Part shown: positions 25,633 to 36,203 of the stretch, one piece after another
How positions within the stretch are numbered: the first letter of the stretch is position 1
Layout of the letters: every line of letters starts with the position of its first letter
NCBI GenBank assembly: GCA_021432655.1
Contig: MU271595.1
Coordinates: 1-40,897 of the forward strand
Length of the DNA: 40,897 bases
From: Atractiella rhizophila
Taxonomy: Eukaryota
Reading direction: 5' to 3'
Position numbers and translations under genes: made by a program
Notes under the pieces: generated by a model
Database searches by the model: none
Seen by the model: the letters and a program-made list of their open reading frames with translations, nothing else
What the model was told of the DNA's origin: nothing

Positions 25633-25865
25633 TTCGTCGTTTCGAGTTTGCAATTGCAAGTACGCGTCGCCATCTCATCGAATCACGTGAGGCGATTAAG
25701 CCAACAGTGGTAGAGATTCGAAATGTTTGGTTGAGGCCATTCTGCACAATTAGTTTACTAGTATGGCCGCCATGAGAGTGTGACAAATTTCTAATGAGAT
25801 ATCAATAATGGTACGGGAAGTATATAGCAAATATTGGCAGGTGAAGTATTTAGGAAAAGAAGCCA

Positions 25866-27643
25866 TCATGCTTTTGAAAGGGAAGCCTTTGCTTTCTCAG
25901 CCCAACTTGTTTTCTTCGGTGTCGCCTCCTTCAAAGTTATAGCTTCACCCAACTCCTTCCCTTTCTCCTCTACAATGCCAGGTGGGGTGCTCAATGGCGC
26001 CTTTCGCCGGCTAAAGAAAGCCCTTGAGGTAGGAGTTGTGGAAGCCATTGCCGTTGAGGCGTCCTGAACAGGAGGAGGAGGCGGACCGGGAATTGAGACC
26101 GGTGTCGTCATTGTCCCTGGTGAATTTGAAGGGATAGTTGGAGGCGGCGCAAGGACCTCAGCGTTCGGCGCGATTAGAGGCAGCGGTTCAGTGGATGGAG
26201 AAGGAATTGTATTCTTCCGGAATCGACTGAAGAAGCCTTCCCTCGATGTTGGACGGAGAGGTTGAAAGGGGGCACGGAACCGTTGTGGTTCTTCTACGTC
26301 CTCCTCTTCCATTCGCTTGAGCTCCTGATCCAGTTTGGCAAGTTCAGACTCGAGATTAGAGACCATTGACTTCTCCTTCGCTCGCTTGTCCTTCTTTCGT
26401 TGCTTCTCCTGCTTCTCTAGGTGCTCAAGCTCTTCCATCAACTCGTCCAGGATTGATGCATCATCCTCTGGGACTGATCAGCTTTGGGAAATCTGCAGAG
26501 AGGAAACAACCACACCCTGTGTTCGTTCAACGTTCCTACTCCTCCTCTCCAATTCCTTCCGTAATCGACTCTCTTCCTCTTGCAGAGCCTTAATTTCGTC
26601 CTCTACCACCTCCATCTCCCTCGGAATCTCCAAGCTCGCCCTTTCTCGACTCTTTTTTATTCCCTCCTCCAATTGGGTAATCCGCTGTCTTGTGCGTATA
26701 TCGTCCTTATTGGCTTTGTCTAGCGACTTCTTCAATGTGGCAATCGAGTTTTTGAGCACACTTTCTGCTTGCTTGTGAGAAGCTCGTAAGCTCTTCAAGA
26801 TTGCACGGAGTTGAGATTCATCTTCTTCTGGCTCCGGAGTGGCGACGGCGGAGTAGGGTGGAGGCGCATCCTCAATTTCGTCTGAGCGGACATCGTGACT
26901 TTGGCTACTGCTGGAAGCAAGGCTTTGATGTGACATAGTTGCATTAGCTAGGCACCACGTCTTAGCTCATAGCAGTAGCAATCGACTCAACAGCTTACAT
27001 TTTCTTTTGCCACGATTGACAGGGCGACGAGAACCTTCATGTTCCCTCGTGGTCTCCACCATGGTCCAAGCAGACTTATCGGCGTCAGTCTCCTTCATGA
27101 CATTTTCCAAAACGTCCAACTCCACCCTATACTCCTTTCCAGGCTCAAGATTCCAAACCACAACGACCATAGAGGCATCCCTCCACTCATCGTCTACTCC
27201 GGCTGATCCAGCATGGGAGACGCAAGCCCAAGGTTGTGAGTTGACCTTGACGACTATTCCGGAGCTCGACAGACTAGCTTGTCCTCTATCTCTGGCATCG
27301 GGGGTCGAAGCATTAAAACTTCCAGACACTTGAAGGAAGTCTGAAGAGTCCCTAGAGTTGCGTCTAGACGAATTGCGGGATGCGGCAAGGGAGGTTGGGG
27401 AATACAAAGCGAGAGCAACTGCGGTCGGCCCAACTTCAATCACTTCCAGCTGATACTTGTCTTTGAAGTCGTCCATTGGTTTCCAGGGTCTGACTGTCTT
27501 CCATCGTGAAGTGCTGGCCGGAGACTGCTTCTTTGAGCACTTTGGGCTCCACATCATCCCCAGTTCAACCAGACGCAAGAAGCACTCACAGAAGGGCCTG
27601 CTGACGATGTCCCAGCCCGCTCTTGGTCATCTTCAAGCGACAT
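25866..27643 (-). CDS. Uncharacterised protein: FN3-like beta domain, PPPY motif, coiled coil and Pro-rich tail
   Basis: Four exons joined by GT-AG introns from ATG 27643. FN3-like pattern (VKVNSQPW...VVVWNLEPGKEYRVELDV), DAPPPYSA, heptad-rich helices. Family not confidently recognised. Confidence 0.7.
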
Positions 27644-27766
27644 GTCTCTCTCAGAAAATCGCTTTCGCCTTGCCGTTTTGGACAAGGACAATGAACATTG
27701 CAAATGTATGAAAGCTCCGAACTTTGATGAAGTAGGACTCATTACTCACTCATCAGCTTGTTCAAA
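27644..27766. promoter_or_regulatory. Very short bidirectional promoter/5' UTR region between the FN3-like gene and RAD17 (123 bp)
   Basis: Head-to-head predicted ATGs at 27643 (-) and 27767 (+). Confidence 0.45.
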
Positions 27767-30700
27767 ATGCCACCAGCAAAGGCAAAACCCAACAAACAGA
27801 GTAGTAAACCACCGCTCTCGCAGCGTCCAGCATCTGCTGCAAAACTAGCGAAAAAAACGGCGAACCCGAGACCTTTCAAACCTCTAACAGCTCTTTTTGG
27901 AGACGCGTCCTCACAAACTTCGGAGACTGCAGAGATAAACTACACGAAGAAATCGAAAAAGCGAAAGGTTGAGGAGATTGAGGAAGAAGACATTAGCTGT
28001 GACAGTGATGTACAGGCTGTAGTTGTCACGCCGACAGACGAGAAGGGGAAAGCCAAGGGGAAAGCGGTTCTTCAACTTGAGGGAGATGCAGGTGCGTTCT
28101 TTAGCCTACTGTCAAAAAATTGGAAAGCGTGTAAATCAATTAACTGCACTTATAGAGGGTAATAACGGTCAAATGTGGATTGATTGTTTCCCTCCAACGT
28201 GCCTTGTGCGTGCAGCCTTGCAGTCACCTACTGAAGTGGACACTAATGCATCTTCAAGGAAGAGCTCGCAGTGCAACCGAAGAAGATAGAGCAAGTAAAG
28301 GCTTGGCTGAATAGAGCTCTGGATCCTTCCTACTCATCAACAAAGAGAAAATATCACGTACGTCATTTCCTTTTTCCTCTTTTGAGCCTGCAAATTGATA
28401 GTTGAGACAGCGGTTGCTCGTGTTATCAGGGCCATCAGGCTCTTGCAAAACAGCCACCGTTAGATGTGTCGCGGAGGAACTTGGCGCAAATGTGCTCGAG
28501 TACAGAAATTTACATAATCTCGAATATGCGAATGAACGTATGTTTCATCTGATAATGATTGTAGGCTTTCCCTGAGAATTGGTGATGGAGTAGATCGTGA
28601 CAAGCTTGCAGGAGACTTCGAATCTTGGCTCCATCGCTCGTCGTCTACAAACGTCCTTTCTTTTTCCGATTCCGCAGGCGCTACATCCACCTCAGTTTCC
28701 AACCCAACTTCCACGTTGTTACTCGTCGAGGATCTCCCTCCGCTCTTTAATTATGCACAACTCTCTTCTTTCCGTGCCGCACTAAAATCACACGTTCTGT
28801 CTCCGCATCCCAGTGCTCCAGTGGTGCTTATTGTGTCCAACTCTACAATCAAAAGCGATGAATCTCGGTATACTGGGAGCGGAGGGTTAATGGACGGCAC
28901 GCTGAACGCGTGGCGGGTGGCAGGTGAAGAAATATTAGGCTCAGTAGGAACGGCAGAGATCAAGTTCAACCCAGTCGCGAAGACCGTGATGAAGAAAGCT
29001 CTGAGTAGACTAGTCGAGAGTAGACGCTTCAGGGAACTCGTGGGGAAGTGGAAACCAGAAGCCAAAGCTCTTGAAACAGTGCTGATGGGCTCTAATGGGG
29101 ACATGAGAGCCGCACTTAATATGTTACAATTCTTCGTTTGGGGAGGGGAATGCGAAGGTGGCATGGACAAGAAGGATAGACGGAAATTGAAGAACAAGGA
29201 TGAACTGTGAGAAATTCTCCTTCCGTGGGACGACCATTGATTCTCTCATAGGCTGAAACTGCCCAATACTGGCGCTGATGATTCATTATTTCTCTTTCAT
29301 GCTCTGGGCAAGGTTCTCTACAATAAAAGTGTGTCGTAAATCTCAGACAATTACGCTCCATGTTGACGCGTCTGACAGGATGGGATCAGCGTGAGGAAGA
29401 CGATAAGAAGGATCTGAAACGAGGAAGCATAAAACAAAGATCCACAACTGACAAGTTGCCCAAACACCTTCGAAAAGAATGGAAGCGTATGCCGACTCGA
29501 GTACAGAAATTTACATAATCTCGAATATGCGAATGAACGTATGTTTCATCTGATAATGATTGTAGGCTTTCCCTGAGAATTGGTGATGGAGTAGATCGTG
29601 ACAAGCTTGCAGGAGACTTCGAATCTTGGCTCCATCGCTCGTCGTCTACAAACGTCCTTTCTTTTTCCGATTCCGCAGGCGCTACATCCACCTCAGTTTC
29701 CAACCCAACTTCCACGTTGTTACTCGTCGAGGATCTCCCTCCGCTCTTTACTTATGCACAACTTTCTTCTTTCCGTGCCGCACTAAAATCACACGTTCTC
29801 TCTCGGCATCCCAGTGCTCCAGTGGTGCTTATTGTGTCCAACTCTACAGTTAAAAGCGATGAATCTCGGTTTACTGGGAGCGGGGGGTTAATGGACGGCA
29901 CGCTGAACGCGTGGCGGGTGGCAGGTGAAGAAATATTAGGCTCAGTGGGAACGGCAGAGATCAAGTTCAATCCAGTAGCGAAGACCGTGATGAAGAAAGC
30001 TCTGAGTAGATTAGTCGAGAGTGGACGCTTCAGAGAAGTTGTGGGGAAGTGGAAACCAGAAGCCAAAGCTCTTGAAACAGTGTTGATGGGCTCTAATGGG
30101 GACATGAGAGCCGCACTTAATATGTTACAATTCTTCGTTTGGGGAGGGGAGTGCGAAGGTGGCATGGACAAGAAGGATAGACGGAAATTGAAGAACAAGG
30201 ATGAACTGTGAGAAATTCTCCTTCCGTGGGACGACCATTGATTCTCTCATAGGCTGAAACTGCCCAATACTGGCGCTGATGATTCATTATTTCTCTTTCA
30301 TGCTCTGGGCAAGGTTCTCTACAATAAAAGTGTGTCGTAAATCTCAGACAATTACGCTCCATGTTGACGCGTCTGACAGGATGGGATCAGCGTGAGGAAG
30401 ACGATAAGAAGGATCTGAAACGAGGAAGCATAAAACAAAGATCCACAACTGACAAGTTGCCCAAACACCTTCGAAAAGAATGGAAGCGTATGCCGAGCAA
30501 AGTTGACCCAGAGGTACGTATTCAATGCTAAAAATCTGCTAGGAATGCTGATTGATGAATGGTTCGATAATACAGAGACTTGTCGAGGAAGGATCCATCG
30601 ACCCAGAGGTGTTTCTGACCTACATTCACGAAAACTATCCTCCATTCACGAACGAAATCGATGAATGTGCCAACATCCTCGAATATCTCTCGCTCTGCAC

Positions 30701-31136
30701 TCTCCCTCTCCCTTCTGCTTACTCATACAATGTCTCCGTTCGCTCTCTCCTCCTCTGCCTTCCCTCCCCCCCACCTTACAACGGACAAACATTTCACAAG
30801 GCTTCATATTGGGACCGCGCTCGGGAGCTGTCAGCAAATGCTTTGCGCGTGGAGGAAATGGGAAGGCGAGGTGGCGATGGGTTTTTGGAGTGTTGGTGGA
30901 GAGAAAGGAAGGAGACTAAGGTTGAATGGATAGGATATTTGGGTGCTATGGGGAGGGGAGGGAAGGAGGTGAAGAAAATCAGCAATTTTCGGGTAACGCT
31001 TCAGCGAGGTCAAAGAATGGAAGAGGAGGATGTGGGTTTCGTCGAAGGAGGTGGGGACGAAGACTTTGAGATGGAGTTTGACGAAGGAGAAGAAGAGGAG
31101 GAGTGGTTCGTCAAAGAGGACGACATTGTAGATTAA
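27767..31136 (+). CDS. RAD17: Checkpoint clamp-loader subunit Rad17/Rad24, interrupted as assembled by an internal 1001-bp duplication
   Basis: QMWIDCFPP..EELAVQPKKIEQVKAWL, Walker A LLVLSGPSGSCKT, Walker-B-like LLLVEDLP, EIKFNPVAKTVMKKAL, NGDMRAALNMLQF, LFHALGKVLYNK, YIHENYP and an acidic EDDIVD end. Confidence 0.9.
28495..30496. repeat. Head-to-tail 1001-bp duplication inside RAD17 (28495-29495 and 29496-30496)
   Basis: Paired ORFs at an offset of 1001. Junction ...atgccga|ctcgagtacag at 29495/29496. About 18 substitutions by eye, all in the central exon. Confidence 0.97.
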
Positions 31137-31458
31137 TCCATCAGTTTTAGATTGGTCTCACCTGCAGCTCTGCTTTTACATCGCTGAGGCACGTCACCAT
31201 GTGACGTTGTCAGTTCTGAATGAGTGATCACTGCGTCGAGTGTTGCGTGGCATGATTCTGATGTTTTAACGTGTACCCAAAGGACAGCCGCCCATCCTCG
31301 AGCAGCTCTGTTGACCCTAAAAGCAACGAAAAGTTGAACCGACAAACCGCATTCGGCTACAGCATGTAGCCTCGATAACCGGTGCTCTGCAACTGTCACC
31401 TCGAACTTGGACGACGTCGAGCTACATTGCCTCTGCACACCTTCACCGTGACCCCAAG

Positions 31459-32632
31459 ATGAGTGCTAGTGTTCAGGTTGCCAAAGCTCGCCCATCAGCT
31501 AGGTGAGTGTCTAGTGACTGGGTAACGAAAAGGATATTGATGACTGGAGCAGTTTAATAGTCCTGAGCCCGCTCAAGAAGCTTTCCTCTGAAGGGTACAA
31601 CTATCGTCTCCTTCTCCTCAAACGGGCCTCGCAAAATGGCAGTTTCAAAGGTCACAGCGTATTCCCTGGTGGGTGCTCACATGCTCCTCCACGACTCTAA
31701 TCGACTGAAGACGCCATCCAGGTGGAAACACTGATGCTGCTGACAGCATCGAACAGTGGAAGAAAGTCTTGCCTTCCCCCCTCGAAGAGGAGGAGAGGAT
31801 AATAGAAGCCAAAATCACGGCATTACGAGAGACTTTTGAAGAATCAGGTATCCTGGTCCTTCCGTCTCAATCAGAACGATGGGAAAAACTCTCTGACGTG
31901 AACAAGCGAGATTGGCGGACCAAAGTGAGTTGTACCATGTTGAGCGTGACCGTTGACCCAACAGTGAGTTCATAGGTCATTTCAGACGCTTCTAACTTCT
32001 TCAATCTCTTCGAATTCCTCTCACTCTCCCCTCCTATCTCGTCCCTGTCCCACCGCTCTAACTGGGTAACCCCAGTCACCGTTCCGCGACGATTCGACAC
32101 GCACTTCTTTCTGACAGTCCTACCTTCACAATCTACCACCACACAGGCTCAACAAAAACGATTCTACATGGGAGGTGGACGGAAAGGAGACAGTTGCCCT
32201 AAGCTGGCACACCCCTCCAGAAGCTCTCCGTTTGGCACTGGAGCGAAAGATCGAGCTCGCCCCTCCGCAATTTTACTCGATTTCGGAGCTGTTGAGATAT
32301 AAGAAGTGGGAGGAAGCCGCTTCTGTTATCCGGACGGTGCGACCTATTATGCCTGTTGTAAAGAAAATGGAAGGCTCGAAGCTTTATACAATCTTACCGG
32401 GTGATAAAGAATATCCGGGAGAAGGGAATGGCGTAGGGACGCATAGGAATCATGTGCAAGTTGCTAGCGGAGGAACTTTCAACGTTTTGGAATCTCAGAG
32501 AAGAGAAATTGGTTAGTTCTTCTGCCCGTGCCATAAGATGCTGACGAGAGAGGTAAAGGTTGGGGAGACGGATGGGACGACTTTAAAGTCAACGACGAAA
32601 CGTTGAAGAAGCATTCAAAGGGGAAACTGTAA
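31459..32632 (+). CDS. Nudix hydrolase, NUDT19-like (putative acyl-CoA diphosphatase), ending in -KGKL
   Basis: RPSASLIV, LLLLKR..SF..VFPGG, Nudix box ALRETFEESGILV, SNWVTP..PRRFDTHFF, LAPPQFY. The last exon ends KKHSKGKL*. Confidence 0.85.
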
Positions 32633-32743
32633 TTCATTGTAACTCGCACACAATACAATCAGATCCCTATTGGACTTCAAATGACATCTGAACCTCGGGT
32701 ACTACCGAAACAACAAAAAATGATTCTACATCTTACGGACAGA

Positions 32744-34551
32744 TTACTGGTTGAAAGCGAATTGGCCATGTTGATCTGTCTGGACATCGATTCCGGTTTC
32801 CTGGACCATCATGTCATCTTCATCCGTAAAAAAATGATCTAACAGCTGAGCCGTCTTGTGATAGATATCAACGTTCTCATGATCCTGAAGTTCTTCTAGT
32901 GTTCTCCTGCCTCCGCATTCATCTACGATCCTCGCATACATGTTATAACCAAGCCCCACTTTCTCTGACTCTCCAATCCTCAGAATGTTGTCTAATCCAT
33001 CTAGCATGACGAGCAGGGTTTTCGCATCGGCGTACGGTAGCATCTCGCAAAACGGCTGCAGACAGTCGCCCTTTACCAAAGTGTGAATGATGTTTGGCTG
33101 CTGGAGCCCGGCAGCGGAAGCATTCGAAATTGCCCAGGCACATTCTTTCTTCGTCCTGTACTCCGCATATCGCATGATTTGGATGAGTGGTTCGAATATT
33201 CCTTCGTCCACCACTCGCTCTACCCAATCCACGTCCTCACAGACTACAAGGTTCGATATCATCCATCCTACCTCCTTCCGGATCGCTTCTCGAGGCGTCG
33301 TGACCAGCAGCCGGTGAGCCGGAGGCACAACATTGGATTCGAGCAGAAAGCGGGTTTGGGATTCGCTCCCTGATGCGATGGAGCCTAGTGCGCGAAGGGC
33401 AGGAGCATGAACCTGAGGAGCAGGGTGGGAGAGACAGTCGATGAGTTTAGGAACAATGGAAGCGTCAATGATGCTCTGGATGACGGCGTCTGGTCCATCG
33501 ACGAGATAGGAAACAGTCCAAAGAGCATCGGTGACCACTTCGAGGTCGGGGTGGTTTACGAACGGATACATGAACGGAAGACAATCCCGCACCTATTCTC
33601 TTCTCTTCAGCTCAGTTTTCGGTCAAAACAGAAGATATCGTACAGTACTCCAAGGTGCCTTTCCTCTGCACAGGTTACTGAGGCACCAAACACCATTTCG
33701 AACAGCCGTGAGCGGGATGTGCTCATAGTTGCTGAGCCAGTTCAAGAGGGGACGCATGGCCCCATTCGATAGTACTTGGTCTCCTGCATGTCACGGTGTT
33801 ACCAGCTGATGTTGTCAAGAACAGGACAGAGAAAGCACGAACGTGAGGAAGGACCGTCACCAGCAATATTGCCGATGCACCAAATGCATTGCTCTTTCAA
33901 TTCGGGAGCCGCGCTAGGTGATCCAATTATGTCTACGAGTAGAGGCACCAGGCCGTTTTGACACAGAGCGGCGACATGCCATTGATTACCAGACGCAATG
34001 TTGGTGAGAGCCCAAGCTGCTTGTTGCTAAATATTCTTCATCAGCGATATGTTCGGGAACTCCGTTTGGAACGAGAGAAATATTCACCTGTACGTCGGGA
34101 ATGGGAGAGCACGTGAGTAGGTATATGAGGCGTGGCACAATACCTGAGTTGATGACCATATCGATAGGAGGGGACCGTTCGCGAGAGAGTAGCTTCCTCA
34201 CTCGTAATGCAGCAAGACTGTGTATTTGTGGATCATTCGAGTTCAAGGAAGGAACTATTAGGGGCAAAGAATCTATGGTGCTTATTCGCCGAGCATCAGA
34301 TTGGTTCGACCAATTCTTCTTGCGAGTCAGCGAGGGAACACCTACTCCTCAGTTTCCATATCGCTGTCGGCATCTGCCAAATCCAAATTCCGCCTCTTCG
34401 ATAATGTCTCTTCTCTCCGCTGTTTCCGTATCTGCACGTCTTTCTCCCCATGTTTCCTTCTCAAATTTTCACTCGTGAATGCTTTTCGAGCTTTGAAAGC
34501 ATCACGTCGCTTTTCACTCTTTTCTGCTGGGTCGACTTTTGTGCTGGGCAT
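32744..34551 (-). CDS. Importin-alpha (karyopherin alpha/Srp1 family), divergent
   Basis: IBB-like N-terminus (QIRKQRREETLSKRRNL), RKLLSRERSPPI, and ARM repeats with AAWALTNIASG, WCIGNIAGDG, WCLSNLCRG and KKECAWAISNA; LDGLDNIL; LQDHENVDIY. Confidence 0.92.
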
Positions 34552-34810
34552 TCTGAATGTCGTGTTTCAAGGTGGATAGAGATTATGTAGATTACTTAAT
34601 GGGAGACTAGGTGAGTGATTGTGAGGTGGAGCTTTTTGAGCAGCCATTGATCGTTGTGGTCCCTTTCTTCCTTGACTTGTGTAAACTCCCTTCTCTTGGT
34701 TCATTGGAACAGAAATAGATAAGGTTGAGACATTGCATAAGATTCGGACATCTTTCTAAGAGTAACCGCGACACAGACTCTCGCTGAGACTCGAATTGCT
34801 CACAGGAACT

Positions 34811-36070
34811 ATGACAGGGGAAGCGTCCACCTCAAAACTCACCTGGGAGCTTGCCAACGATGTCCAACCCATCGAAGCGGACAAAATCTTTCGATACGAT
34901 GGAGACGAGCAGCGAAAGATACTGGAGCAGAGGCCATGGAAGCAGGACCCTCATTACTTCAAGAAAGTCAAGATCTCCGCCATTGCTTTGATCAAAATGG
35001 TACGCGTTCCGCCCTCTTAGTTGTACCTGCGCTAATCTAGAAGAAAGGTAATGCACGCTCGCTCAGGCGGCGCGTACGAAGTCATGGGGATGATGCAAGG
35101 CAAGATCGACGGAGATACTTTCGTCGTAATGGATGCTTTTGCTCTGCCCGTAGAAGGAACGGAAACGCGAGTCAATGCTGCCAATGAGGCGTATGAGTAC
35201 ATGGTGGAATTTAACGATCGCTCGAAGCACGTACGTGCCTTGCTTGTGAAGGTGAGAGTCATTGAGCTTTTGAATACAGGTGGGGAGGATGGAGAATATT
35301 GTCGGGTGGTATCACTCACATCCCGGATACGGATGCTGGCTCTCTGGAATTGATGTCATGACCCAAATGACTAACCAAACTTACACTGATCCTTTCCTTG
35401 CCATTGTAGTGAGCATTTCCTCCTCCCCTCCCCCGTCTCATTCGCTCTTGACGCGTCAACTAGATCGATCCAAACCGCACTATCTCAGCCGGTCGAGTAG
35501 ACATCGGTGCTTTCCGCACCTACCCGGAAGGCTACACTCCTCCCAATGCCACAGCGTCAGAATATCAATCTATTCCTCTTTCGAAAATTGAAGATTTTGG
35601 CGTGCATGCGTCTCAATATTATCCTCTTGAGATTTCACACTTCAAATCGTCTCTCGATTCTCGAATCCTCGACTTGTTGTGGAACAAGTACTGGGTTATG
35701 ACTCTGTCACAGTCGCCGCTCATCTCTGTTCGTCGTGTTCCCCATGGTCAACTTTTACTGACCTAGCTGGCCGAAGAACCGAGCGTATACGACGAGCCAG
35801 ATCTCAGATCTACAAGAAAAGTTCCATCGATGCGAATCGAGTATCTCGACGCGTTGTTCGCATGCCCACCTCGCACCCATCAACAGTGGGCTAAAAGGGA
35901 AAGGAGACAAAGACAAGAAGGAAGAAACGCAGCTTCAGAAGGCGGTCAAAGACAGCACGAAGATTGCAGTCGAATCACAGCACGGCCTGATTTCCCAGAT
36001 CCTGAAGGATGCAGTTTTCAATCAGACCAAGTCAGATGCCGACTTCCATCTCCCTCCAGTTGTAACCTGA
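34811..36070 (+). CDS. CSN5: COP9 signalosome subunit 5 (JAMM/MPN+ deneddylase)
   Basis: [52 protein letters not shown] motif [41 protein letters not shown]. Confidence 0.96.
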
Positions 36071-36203
36071 GCAAAGTGATGAGAAACTCTGTAGAATTAA
36101 TCCAGCAAAGATTGTAAATTACAGGTTGGTTCAAAATATACGAAACAATAACACCATATGTGTCCAATATATGAGAAAAGCAGGAATAGAAGAGCCAAAA
36201 TTA

